Source: Fimbriosthenelais zetlandica
Taxonomy: Eukaryota
Direction: 5' to 3'
Assembly (NCBI GenBank): GCA_977030845.1
Contig: OZ365112.1
Location: forward strand, 2,914,001-2,978,000
DNA length: 64,000 nt
Positions 36,727 through 49,345 of this stretch are shown piece by piece. The stretch's first letter is position 1; every line of letters begins with the position of its first letter. The position numbers were made by a program, and so were the translations under genes. The notes below the pieces were generated by a model. The model was not told the origin of the DNA. It made no database searches and saw only the letters and a program-made list of their open reading frames with translations.

Positions 36727-37679
36727 TGGGACTTACAAAAGCAGTTATTTCCATGGCTTGTAAGAGACATTTTGTCCAATATATTTTATATGTATGAGAT
36801 CCTAGACTAGTCCGGTCATTGCACATCTAATGCTTCAGCCAATCGTTGTGCAATGATCCCTCGATTATAGCTGCTTACAAAGATATGTTGAGGTGCTGCC
36901 AATTGTGGCCTGGCTTACTATAGTTAAAGAGTTTGTTATATCAGTAGCCTATAGATATATTTGAATATTTTCCCCTACTTGCACTATATGGCTGCGCAAC
37001 AATGATCTATCTTATGGTTGTACAACGGCCTGTATATTGGACAATACATCTCTTACTTGTCTGTATAAAGGGAAATATATGTCTTGCTACTCTGTGAAAT
37101 ATTAAATACTTGCATCTAATCCAGCCCCTAATCTCACATAGAAGCCATTCCATATACCTGTCCTCTCATTCAGTATGATAAAGTCTGAGATATGCTTTGA
37201 GCATCTGAGAAGGGCATGATAGTGGGGTGATAGGCTACACTCCAACAAAGAACTCCCTCTCTTTGTTATCCCCAAACGAGCCCAGGGAAGAGACACTTGT
37301 GACTTGCTTGCCATTCCCTAATTGCCATTGTCATGATAGATAGAAAGATAATTAAGTAACTCTATCTCACATCAAAGGTGGTTATTTATCAGGACTTGAG
37401 GTTGGTATCTCACGTTTTTCTCCACCATACCATCTCTCCTGACTATTTCCATGACAAAGTTCTGCTCCGTTGCCAGACCGGGGTTCCTTTCACATCAAAG
37501 TGAGCGATTTAATAATGCAATGTCGGTGCAATAGATACTCGGTTTCTTTTGATTTGAATCTTTTCTTATATTGTGTTGGTTTGAACTGGAATACATGGCT
37601 CTAATAGAGTGATGGGGCACCTCTATATTATGGACAATGTTTAGGTTAAATTTAACATTAAATTGATGGATTGATGGTC

Positions 37680-38135
37680 TTGTAGACACGCTCCACTTGC
37701 AGGAATCACTGCAAGAATCACCAGGCAATGATCCCTGGTGGGTACTTCATTAGAATACCAGCTCATTATCAATACCCACTGGTTATTCAGGACTTGCAAT
37801 TCTTGCAAAGTTTGATACCCGTCTCCTCCAATGTCTCCCCAAACAGTTGGGGAGGGGGGTTACAGATGCCAACCAACAACATGTTCTGGGGGTGGGAGGT
37901 CCAAATTCTTTCGAGGGAGATCTCAATTTATGACTTTTGCTTTCTGGCAGTAATTAGATGCAGAACTTTGTGGTCGAGGGTCTTGTAGACAAGCTCCACT
38001 TGCAAGAATCACTGCAAGAACCGCAAGGCAATGACCCCTAGTTGGTGGCCAATAAGTGTACCAGGTCATTAAAGATATCCACATGATATTCATGATTTGC
38101 AATTCTTGGAAAGTTTCATACCAGTCTCCTGTTGT
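37680..38135. repeat. Dispersed ~150-bp module x2 (third copy at 41640-41775)
   Basis: gtagaca.gctccacttgca.gaatcactgcaagaa...ttgcaattcttg.aaagttt repeated; the ends are imperfectly inverted. Confidence 0.8.
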
Positions 38136-41100
38136 GTCAGATTAGAATCCCAGTTCATTCGAGATATCCACTTGAATGATTCAAGTCTAGCCCCCTCAAG
38201 TATCACTTGCATTTAAACTTCACTTTAACGATCACCCTGCTAATACAGACACTTTCCCAAATCCCATTTTCAATCTTAATCTACAGTTCGACCTCACTAA
38301 CACGACCTACAGGTATAGGTGAAGTTCACTAACTCGACCACCTCAGTAATACGTTAATAGGATGGCTTACCTGTACAAGGATTGCTTTAAGACTCGCCTG
38401 ATGTACCTGGGCGCTATAGGTGATAGATGTTTTGGTAGACGCTTGAGGTGTTACCTCCAGCTGTTAGCTGCTCACCTGTCACACCTGTTACAGGTAGAAA
38501 CTTACCTCAGGTGTACACATAAACATACCTGCCTATTTACCTCTCAATACAACAGGTGCTGCTTCCAAACATATAGCCTTACTTCCTCTCTATATATAAT
38601 CTATTGTCTATACCTAGAATGCCAATTTTGTTGTTTAGCTCCTTTCAAGTCAACACATGCCTTTCCCATTACTGGTAATTTGACAATTGGTCATTGGCAA
38701 TTTTGGTACTAGGTACCGTTAATTTGGAAATTGGAAATTTCGCTATCATTTGCTTAATTTGCCTTCCTTTAGTTTTATTTGTTACAGTTTCCCTTGTCTG
38801 TTATCCCGATTCTCGTCTCTATGTTCCATTTTAAGCTTTCTCAATTATTCTCTTATTCCTTCTATTCCCCCTTTGCACTGTAAGTGTATCTCTAATTCCC
38901 GAGTGCTGCTGTTATTTGGATCTATCCTACTCTACCAATTACCTGCGCACACAATATAAACCATTAGCTAACCACCATTAAGTCAATTTCCATCGATCAC
39001 CAAGCTTGGCATAGAAAATCACACATTTGTTAAAAATCGGATCAATTTGAATACCTGCAATGCATCTTTGTTCCAGGAACGGAAGCAGCTTATTTGTACA
39101 TGCACCTGGGACAATGAATCTATAAGAAGATTAACTTCATTTGCACTTAATTGGTGGAAAAAGGGAAAAAATTGATTCTGACACAATGAGGAGTTTTTGC
39201 CCTGTCGCAGTATCAATGGTGCGGTTTCTGGATACCGCTTTTGTCAATACTAAAGGGGTTTATAGTAAGAAGCCCATATGATTGAGTTGCTGTCTCCTTA
39301 ATTGGATTTTCATGTTTGATTTATTATGGAATGAGGTGGGGATGGGGCACGGAGCTTATGGGAGATCACTTACATCACAACGTGCTGGCAGAACCCTTGT
39401 ATGAACCGGCCACACGTCCTCGCCAATGCTTTACTTTATGGAAATGGGTTGATGGGTCGCCCATGTATATATCCCCCCTCCCATCTATCTCCCAAAGCTG
39501 TGACCAAAAATAACCACCCATATTTCATCCTTAGACCTCCGACCTGCACTTATGTTATTTTTTGTTCTTAGAGGTGTTAGGCTGTGAAGCCTGATTGTCG
39601 GGGAGCATCTATAGTAGCTTGTATTCATCCGGTACATCCCTAAGTTTGGTCTGGGGGAATTAGGCTTTGTAAAGAGTAAATGTTGGTAAATTGTAACTTG
39701 GCAGTTGTTGGTAATTGTGCCGGAGATAGATGGAATAGGAGGGAATGAGTGAATGACAGTGCTACTTTATATGTCACTTAGCTGTCAGGGGTAATTTATA
39801 CTCTGCTCACAAAAGTTAGAGATATGCAGAACTGCCATTACCTAAACATTACCTTTGTAACTTTGCCAAATATGCACTTATAAAGGTAAATGACTACTCT
39901 AGCTCAGATAGGCGAGATGGTACTCTAGCAATGAGAGAGGCAGGTGAGGAATCTAGCAAGAAAAGAGGAAAATTAGCGCCTGAAGCAATGTTTTTCTCTC
40001 AACTTGCAATGGTAAAGTATAGTAAAAAATACACTTTGACTTACATAAGCATAATAATTCCTTTCATTGAGAGCCATTTTCACATGTTCGTGTGCTGAAT
40101 TAAGTGACCCCTCCCCCCACCCACCCACCCACTGACAAGTTTATTTGTCTGTCTAGAACAAACTTTTATTTTGTCTTCACTTGGAAATATCTCATTCTGT
40201 TTGATAAGAAAATGTTGGATAAGTCGCCAACCCACTTGAGATATTAATGTGCAGCCTTTGATGAATTATCTCTTGGGAGATAAGAAGGGATAAGAATCGC
40301 TGGCAGAAACTTAGAGATATCCTTCTAAAGCAGAATGATTTATCAGTCAATATTGTGGCCATATCAAAATAGAATCAATGAAGCTCCATTTAAATGGAGA
40401 TGAAAATGCATACTCGATAAAAGCCATTCCAATAATTAAATGCTTTTGCTCCTTCTTCCCTTATAGATCTTTTAAAAATAATATGCTCAATAAGAACACG
40501 GAAAAAATAGGCTTTTGATTTACCCTCCCCATACTTCTTTACAAAGGCCAATGGCAATGTAATTAAGTCGATATCCCTCCGCCTCCCGCCTAATCACTCA
40601 ATCCGGAAATTTTATATTCCTACTCCTCCGCCTAAATGCCAAAGAGAGACGCACAGACTTTTGGGGTTTCTCCTAGATCACAAAAATACTCTCGTTGACA
40701 TTTCCAAACGTCTCTTTTAATCTTGGATTTTTCCGAATCTGTTGAGACTGACTTCCCTTGTCAACCTCGGTGGAGACTGAATGTCAAATTTACAGGTTTT
40801 TGGCGTTCGACTCTCAGACAATTTCCCCCTGCAAAATGTCAGGGAATAGTTCTAGAAAATACCTAGGAAACCTGAAGTGAAAAACTATTTAAAATGTAAA
40901 AGAAGGCATGTTGGGGATGTATTCAGCCCTCCTCCAGTGGAGAGTTCCAGTGTGTTTTGGAGCTATTTTGAGGTTAGCAAAACGATGCATTCTCGTGTGA
41001 GGGGACAGAGTCTCGCGAGAATCTCGTTTCTTGACGAGATCTTAGAATGAGTCTGGAAAGTGCAAGCGTCAGCAGAATTGATAGGAATATGAGGCTGAGG

Positions 41101-41639
41101 TAATGGTTGGAGAATACAGCTCTAACTCTGCCCGTCTGATCATCCTCTACTAACGTTATTGCCAACCCATCAGCAGAAAGTTTTCTCATTCCCCAGTCTG
41201 GGAAAAGTCAGGGAATTTGATAATTATGCCTTAAATCAAAAGGAAAAAATCTAGGAATTAGATTGGCAAAAAAAGAGACGAGGGTCAGTTTCATCATGTT
41301 CATTTCAAATACCGTTCTGTTCTTATTGAAAATGTATCCACTTTGAAATCGAACAAGGTAATTTAAAGAACTTTCAGAAGTTCATCGGGAAGAAAATGAC
41401 GAATTTTCATTTTGTAAAATGCTGGGAACTCTCATTAAAAAGAAATCAGTGGGAGACGACAGACGTTAAATGAGGGTTTGCCCTGACAGTGATTTAAAGT
41501 GATTATTGTGTGATTAATCACTTCATCTTTAATGAGAAAAGGTTTTTAAAGTCTCCCACCCCCTCTCTCTCTCTCTCTGTTTCTCTCCTCTCTCCCTGGG
41601 CAAAATTTTGAGACTATCAGTCTTGCGGTTCATGGTCCA

Positions 41640-41775
41640 ACAGACTAGCTCAACTTGCAGGAATCACTGCAAGAATCACAAGGCAATGGTCTTTGGTTAG
41701 TAATTAATTAGGATACCAGCTCTTTAGAGATATCCACTGGTTATTCATGACTTGCAATTCTTGCAAAGTTTCATT
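41640..41775. repeat. Third copy of ~150-bp module
   Basis: acttgcaggaatcactgcaagaatcac...gacttgcaattcttgcaaagtt. Confidence 0.8.
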
Positions 41776-44700
41776 TGCGGTTGATGGTATTGTAGACAAG
41801 CTCAACAAGTTTGACACCCATGTCCCCCAACATTTCCCCGCACAGGAAATCCCAAGAAATTGTTGACTGGACAATAAGCAACTATTTCTTGGGGAGTTGG
41901 TATTCACTTTTGCATTAGTATATTGTTCTGGTCCAGCTACAAAGTTGCTATAATTCTTTAGACCAAGAAACCCACGCTGCACCTGTAGAGATACCAGCAT
42001 CAAAATCTAATGACGAGGACATAACCTAACTCTGAGATGCACTATTTTACCCTATCATGGCAGGACATCCCCAGTCAACCAACCAGGCGGGGGGAGGTAC
42101 GGCTGGGGAAGAAATCTATGGTATTGGATTGGGAGGGAATATGTAGTTGTTGATTTCTCTGGCCCTGGGGACCGCCGGTAATCTACGGTGCCATGTCCTG
42201 GGCAAGATAAGGTTTGTAGCCGAGTCGATAGCTCTGTGATGGCCAGATGAAAACTCCGGTAAATACCCGACCTGGAATGACCATTTAATCCGACTTCAAT
42301 GTCCCCCTGTTCCTCCTAAAACTGAGGTTTTCCCTTCAGTTTTTGTCCATTTTAATCCATTAAATTCCCACTCCTCTTCAGGCGATCTTGTCCTTTGTAA
42401 CCCCTTTTTTGATCAACGGCTTTACAGTCTATTCTATCTTTGGGTTCCAATTTCTAAAATTATGTCCTAGTTGTTTGAGATAGACACGATGAAAGTATTG
42501 TCAAGAGGTCAACTATATTCTAATCAAATGATATAAAAGGATTCCTCTTACGGATATACTTGTAAAAGAAGGTCTAAGGTTGGTGTGAGGGAAGAAGGAT
42601 CCCTGAATGATCCCAGAGAAAACTGGTGTCAACCTTAAAAGCATTTTACTTTGCGGCCAATTTACCTTCACAAAAACTTCTTTTGATCCAGTCCTCGCTA
42701 GACCGAATCACTCAGCCTCGTTTTCATGTCCACCAGACAGAGACTAGAGCCTCGTTCTGGTGTTTTCACACCCTCCTGCTGCCCCCTCCTGGCAAGTTCA
42801 AACACTATATCTCCTTCTCTCCCCTGCGCTTCGTGACACCCTTCTAATTCTGTCAATTTTTCATGGCGGCTTTTTAGATTAGATTTTTCTGGGGTCAGGC
42901 GCCCCACTTGGGGTAGAGTTTGTCACTTTGGACTACCTAGAGCTATCTGTCACATAGAGTTGGTGACAACCCGGGCTCGAATAGAATTACACTTGTTTGT
43001 GAGACTTTGCCATTCTGCTTTTACCCCTATCTGTCATCCCAGGCCTCGGACGTCATGGAGCGGTGTCAAAACAAGGATTCATGGGTCACAGGTGACAGTG
43101 ACGTCATATGGAGACGCTGATTGGTGGAAACGTGACCTTTGACCCTTGTCTCTGGCGTTCTGTGTCACAGTCAGACACCAGGTAATCCTAGCTAAGGTTT
43201 GATTTATGACTCTTCACGCTGATTCTATGGTGGAATGTCGCATGATGGGTCGTGAAAACGTTAGGCTGTCACATTATGTGCAACTCTACTTTTAGGTATT
43301 TGGAAAGGGAGGAGAGTTTGAGGGAAAGGGAGTATGAGGGAGAAAGAGAGGAGGGAGAGAAAACGAAAGAGATAAAGAAGGGCGAAGAGATGGAAAGAGG
43401 GAGCAAAAAAGATACAGGGCCATTGTACAATCATATGCTAAAGCATTGTGCAACGCAGCCAGTGTGATAGGAAGAGAGGGAGAATGAACGTCCATGGAAA
43501 GGTCCAACCATTGCAATGTAACAGCCACCGTATTCCACAGTTCTTTAAGGAAAAAAACTGTCGCATTTACTGTGGGCATAAACCATGCATTCATGGCGTA
43601 GATACGGTGAGAAAACTTACATATTACAGACAGCATTTACAACTGAAAGAAGCCATGATGTTCCTATGTAACCTCCGTCCAGTAATGCTTTGGTCTGACA
43701 TGCAGCGATTCTCTACGCTGGAGCACACTCAATTGAACCTGGGACAGGCATGCATGGAATGGAGCCCACCATCTCCTTTCAACTGTCATCTCTCACTGAT
43801 TCATGAAGAGAGATTTGGCAGGAGTTCAGGCCTCCCTGTCATGTCCTCCGTGAGGGTTTGGCTTAGAGTAGCGTTCTGATGAAATACACGCTTTCAAATA
43901 TTTGGATTAAAGCCCGTTTGTGAAGTATGGGGTGGGTTGGGGGTGTGAGGGAATGGGGTGGGTGGGATGGATTGGGAGGGGGGAAGAAAGAAGAGGGATT
44001 GGTGGAAGGGATAAGCAATAAAATAGGAGGGAGGAATGGGAGACTCTGCGACTAAGTTTGCCAAGATACATGTTACCAGCTTGGTGTCCAAAGTAAGGTA
44101 CCATTCAACATACAGTCACAACAAAGTTGTGGAAGCTTACATTCTTGAAGAGTTTAGCTGATTAATTGATAGTAGCTGCGACAGGAAATTGACAGCATTA
44201 TTGTTACCAGTTAGTTTTCACTTCAAATTTCACTTCAAAGCCACTATAATGAAATGAAATGGTTTTTTTTATCAATAGAGTGCACGTATTGACAGTAATG
44301 TGTCTTTGAAGGCCATGTTGGGATGCCAATATGGCGAATTACTGTTCAATAGCATCTCGTGAATTTAATCTTAAATTTGATTTTATTGGTCAAAGCTTCC
44401 TTTATCTTTTATCCTAAAAGCGGGGATTAACTCTCGGGTATTTAGGTGCACGCAATCTCTGGAATTTTCTGATCTCTCCTCAATAAAAGTTGAAACTATT
44501 GCCAAGTAACTCTGAGTTGGAAATGGCTCTTTAAACGAGCAATGACACTTTTTTCCATGCACTTATTGGAGGCATCAATCGGTCCAAGCTACATCTTTGT
44601 TTATTCTGATATTTTTCTGTTTTTCAAAATATGAATATTATTATAAAACGTAGCTTTTGCTCGGTATTGCTTCTTTTGAACTTTTACACTCTTAGGAATG

Positions 44701-44947
44701 GCTGTAAATTGCTGGTAGATTAATGTATAATTTAAATGTAACTTGGATCTTCTTGACTACATAGCAAAACCATATGCAGTATCTGACACCAGTAGATGAG
44801 TATAAAATGCCTCTATGACTTGACTCCTCCTATAGCTAGCCTGTAATAATATAAAGCAAGATCATCTGTAGCGTTAATCATCATAAAACGACAGGCTACC
44901 ACCATTCACATAGACGCTACATGCTAGCCCGATCATTCCTCATGCTG

Positions 44948-45125
44948 GGGCTCATTTCATAAAACATCTTCCCCTATGTCATAAGAAATCTTCCCCATTT
45001 CATAAACGATCTTCCCTTATAGTTTATGACCTATGTCTTTTATGATACCACTAAGTTTGATCAGCTGGTGGTACAAGTCTTTTTACCCCAAATTACATTG
45101 CCACAAATATATTATGAAACACCCT
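44948..45125. mobile_element. MITE with GGGG..TTTCATAA ends
   Basis: ggggctcatttcataa / ttatgaaacacccc inverted ends; resembles the short hairpin family. Confidence 0.5.
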
Positions 45126-45904
45126 AGGATGGCACATGTTAATAGCAATTTTTCTTATAAAACATGTATGGCTTGTTAAAAGAAAATCCTTTGGAATATC
45201 AGTAAATTCCTCGGCTAATATAGTAATAGGATAGAAATCTTTTTATTCAACAGAAATCTTTTTATGCAACACCCCCCGATGACGATAACACGTATCGCGA
45301 TCAAACACTGCCCCTTACGGTGATCATTATAAAGAGCCCCCTGGTGGTGAATGAGGAGTGAGTGTTGGGGGGGCAGGACCTGTGGCGTTAGCACGAACTC
45401 TGTGGCGGCCATCTTTGACTCTTTATTACCACAGGCCTGACCTTAGCCACATCGTTATTCCTATAACTAATAGCTCAGACATCTTTTATCGAAACATTCT
45501 CCCTTCTCGATAGGAAGGTCAGGGGTGAGGTTTGAACTACCTCTTAAAGAACACAGCAAGACAGAAGCCATGGGAGCAGGCACTTTTTCCTTCTCCAAAT
45601 GCCACATTTAACCTTTTTTCTTCAAATCTCTAAGGACGTCTTTTTTGAAAACGTCGAAGTGGCATGTCTGGCTACAACGGAATGTAGGGTTGGATGGAGG
45701 GAGAAGAAAAAGTTAAACCTCAAAGTAATTTTTAAGTTTGGCACCTGGCTGGCAGGTTGGGGAAGCAGCTGTTGACCAGGTGTTGGGTCTGTGTCACAAA
45801 TATGAGGACATTTCACAGAACACGTTCTCAGTTCGTGGTTTTCCATGAGTCGTCATCCCAGGCCCCAGACCACTAATTCTGGTTGATTGTCAACATTCCC
45901 CTCC

Positions 45905-46375
45905 ATGACCGTGTTGTGGCCTCATCTTTTCTATGACGTTGTTTGTTTTTCCATGACTTTCTCTTCTCTATGACCTTGGTCTGGTCCCTCTGACCTTGTC
46001 CTTTCCATGACCTTGTTTTGGTTTCCATGACTTTGGTGTGGTCTCTCTGATCTTTCCACCATGACCTTGTCATTTCCATGACTTTTTTACATGCCATTTA
46101 CATGTAATTTGCCCTATGACAACATGATGACCTTTGTATTCTTCCATGACCTATTCCCTTTTCCATGACCTTGTCTTTTCCATGACCTTGTCTTTTCCAT
46201 GACCTTTTCTTTCCATGACCTTGTCTTTCCATGACCTTGTCTTTCCATGACCTTATCTTCTCCATGACCTTGTCCTTTCCATGACCTTGTCTTTTCCATG
46301 ACCTTGTCTTCTCCATGACCTTATCTTCTCCATGACCTTGTCTTTCCATGACCTTGTCTTTCCGTGACCTTGATT
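45905..46375. repeat. 17-18-bp minisatellite (ttccatgaccttgtcttt)
   Basis: Tandem units; explains the KVMEKTRSW ORFs. Confidence 0.95.
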
Positions 46376-46679
46376 TTAACATTATAAGAACTCGCTCAGT
46401 GTACACCTCTATGTATAGGAGCATCTCGCTGTAGTATACAAATGTTACTAGTATTGACGGCGGTCCAGATGGCGGCGTTCCCACACTCTGTGTTAGTCTA
46501 CACCCCCCCCCCCCACCCCTGTAATGACACTTCTACAACAATATATCGATCTTTATCTCCCACAAACATCCCCCTATACCTCCACCCATCCGTCTGTTTC
46601 TAGTTAGAATTTTTATCGAGCCAACTTATGGGGCAAGCCAGCTCGCTGACTTGATGTCTTAAGTTTTTTTCTGGATATT

Positions 46680-46835
46680 CAGCTGGGGACTTCCCCTCTG
46701 TACAGCAGACATTGTTTGTCCTTTGCTAGAATACCCAAGACATATATGCAAAACATTGAGGGGGGGCAGTGAAAATGCCATGGGCAGCCTGGGAATTGAA
46801 CCGCTGACCCTTTGATCATTGATAACTCCCCGATG
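46680..46835 (-). mobile_element. tRNA-derived SINE remnant
   Basis: B-box-like GGTTCAATTCC on the minus strand, followed by a non-tRNA body. Confidence 0.35.
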
Positions 46836-46903
46836 AGTTGACAGAAAGATAACCTTTGCATCTGATATAAATCGAAATATATCCATTCATCCTTATGTCC
46901 ATC

Positions 46904-47123
46904 NNNNNNNNNNNNNNNNNNNNNNNNNNNNNNNNNNNNNNNNNNNNNNNNNNNNNNNNNNNNNNNNNNNNNNNNNNNNNNNNNNNNNNNNNNNNNNNNN
47001 NNNNNNNNNNNNNNNNNNNNNNNNNNNNNNNNNNNNNNNNNNNNNNNNNNNNNNNNNNNNNNNNNNNNNNNNNNNNNNNNNNNNNNNNNNNNNNNNNNNN
47101 NNNNNNNNNNNNNNNNNNNNNNN
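46904..47123. other. Assembly gap (220 N)
   Basis: Run of N. Confidence 1.
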
Positions 47124-47323
47124 TAATGACATGTGAATCTTTCATTATTTACTACCGATTTATTTGCTTTTTGCTGATCAATGTTTTCCTTTTGTCTTCC
47201 AGGTGAGATATTGATAGAGTGGACTGAAGCCACTTGAATTAGTGCTTCAGTGAGAATGGAAGGTCGTGAGTATGAAATATAGGCTAAAATACATGGATAT
47301 CTCAACAGATCCTCAAACCGTAA

Positions 47324-47512
47324 TGCTGGGCCCCGACAGAGGCGATACTCCAAGCGATAGCTGCGCGAAACTATACTTCTAGTCACACCAAATGTTTGCA
47401 ATTTTAACAGTCCTTTACACCTAGGTAAGGCTAACCACTGACAAAATTACAAGCATTGAGTGTGATTAGAAATATAGTTTCGCGCAGATATCGCTTGGAG
47501 AATCGCCCGACA
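47324..47512. mobile_element. PIF/Harbinger-like MITE, same family as 23368, inverted orientation
   Basis: TAA|TGCTGGGCCCCGACAGAGGCGAT...; interior is the reverse complement of 23420-23520; TAA at 47513. Confidence 0.75.
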
Positions 47513-49331
47513 TAAGAGACAAATCCCTTAAAGTGTATAGTTCAGTGTATAGGAGCGTGCAGCTATTATAGGTCTATTTTAAAGCTGGAAACCCGGAGGG
47601 AAACAAAAGCCTCAGCCCTGACGCTGGGGGAATGCCTGGGACGCTCCTCTCACCAAAATGACGGATGAGCTGCTCCTGTTACTATTTATAGCCTGGCTGG
47701 CTGTGAGGGGGAGGCGATGTGAAGAGATAAGGTTGTATCAATTGGCGGGGCGTTAGAAGCCATCTGAGATGGCTCTCCGCCCTCAATGCCGCATCTTGTA
47801 TGACTTAATGAATGGCTTCCTCCAGCACTGTGAAATTCAAAGCTCACCTTTGGGCTTTTTTTCTACCCATGCTTTTGTACAAAAATGAGGTGTTCTGGCT
47901 TATACAGGCTTTAGTGGCCATGTTCTGTATGTGTAAGGATTGAGGCCAGTGAAGAGAAGGTGGGAGCTGTTTCCTTATTAATGAATTCTTCTATGACTCC
48001 GGGTGCAGAAATGTGTTGCTTCATATATCCTTACATTGGCTTGGCTTCTGCCCAAGAAGGAATCTACAAAATATATATGTAGTGATATCATATTTCAAAT
48101 ATGGATAATTAGTTTGAGGGCATGTAAGGGTATGAATGATCATTGCAGAATCATTTGAGGCATTAATTTACAAGCAAAGATGTACAATATTGTCTTGGGG
48201 CTTCCAATTTGAATGGCCAAAAGCTTGCAAGACAACCAAAATGTTGTTCTTTGAAACCACGTACATGTATTAGATTTGATTTGAATTTCGAGCAACCACA
48301 TTATTGGAGAAACGCCATGAAAACAAAATATACCTGGTTACGACCTTTGCCCTCCTTGTTGCTGAATGGACACCTCTGGGGTTGATTTTGTGCATTTCTA
48401 CCACTATTTCCCTATGAAGCCACCGCTGGCGCTCTTTTACCAGTTTCTCGCACTTTCTCGTGTTCTTCCTCCAACTCTCGTCATGCGAGCTCAGTGTTTG
48501 TGATCTTCTCGTGGAATGTATCTCTCTCATTCATCATCTAGCCTGAAGGTGGCGCCAGTAGTGGGCAGATCTTATTAACCGCCCTCTGGCGGGAGGAGGA
48601 AGTGATACTGGCGATGTCTATAGTCATCTATACCTCCATGCCATGTCTCTTAATAGATACGCCTTATACAGATATAGCCACGGGCAAAGTGACTGACTAA
48701 AGTGACGATTGAAATTCAAATTGATTTCACTCTACATTCTGTTTATTTGATGAATATATATCCTAGAAATTAAAAAAGTACTTTCGCTAGTAATTTATTG
48801 GTGATATTATATTCTAATATTCATTGGATTAATACATATCCTAGAAATTAGTAAAAAGTACTTGAAGTAATCTATTGATGATATTAAATTATTTCTTATA
48901 TTTAAAGTGTAAGCGTCTCTGGGAAATACATGCACCCAGGTAGGAGAATATAGGAGTACCCACTGTCTTTTGTCCCACTGGCATTTAGTTGAACTATATA
49001 ATATTGCTATTGAGCCTGGCAATAGTTCAATAAGTGTTTTTGCATTTTCTGAACTATATTGGAATTATGATTTATTGGTCATCTATAATGTATAATTCCA
49101 CTATATTAACTTCCCATATGAGCACTTTTTATACACATACAGGTCTATATATAAATCAGTGTTTGACAATCTATACCCGGGCTCCCCAGCCTCCCTCACA
49201 GCCCGACAATGATTGATCCCAGTACAAAATATAAAATGATCCCCCTCCCCCTCCCCCCCCCCCTACCCCCTACCACCGCCCCCCCGCCCCCCGCCCCCAC
49301 ACAACCATCTCCCCATCCCTCACCGAGCATT

Positions 49332-49345
49332 GTTCCCATGGAAAC
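49332..49345. promoter_or_regulatory. RFX X-box motif
   Basis: GTTCCCATGGAAAC. Confidence 0.4.

Noticed and set aside
40600-43880. Coding-like minus- and plus-strand stretches (e.g. PEEEWEFNGLKW; the 143-aa ORF at 43448)
   Set aside because: Interrupted by stops and frameshifts; no family recognised.
45873-46484. KVMEKTRSW / RQGHG ORFs
   Set aside because: Minisatellite translations.
46679-47401. 240-aa ORF and overlapping ORFs
   Set aside because: Run through the N gap.
48335-48545. Minus-strand exon-like block (MMNERDTFHEK...)
   Set aside because: Stops in all frames between the splice sites.
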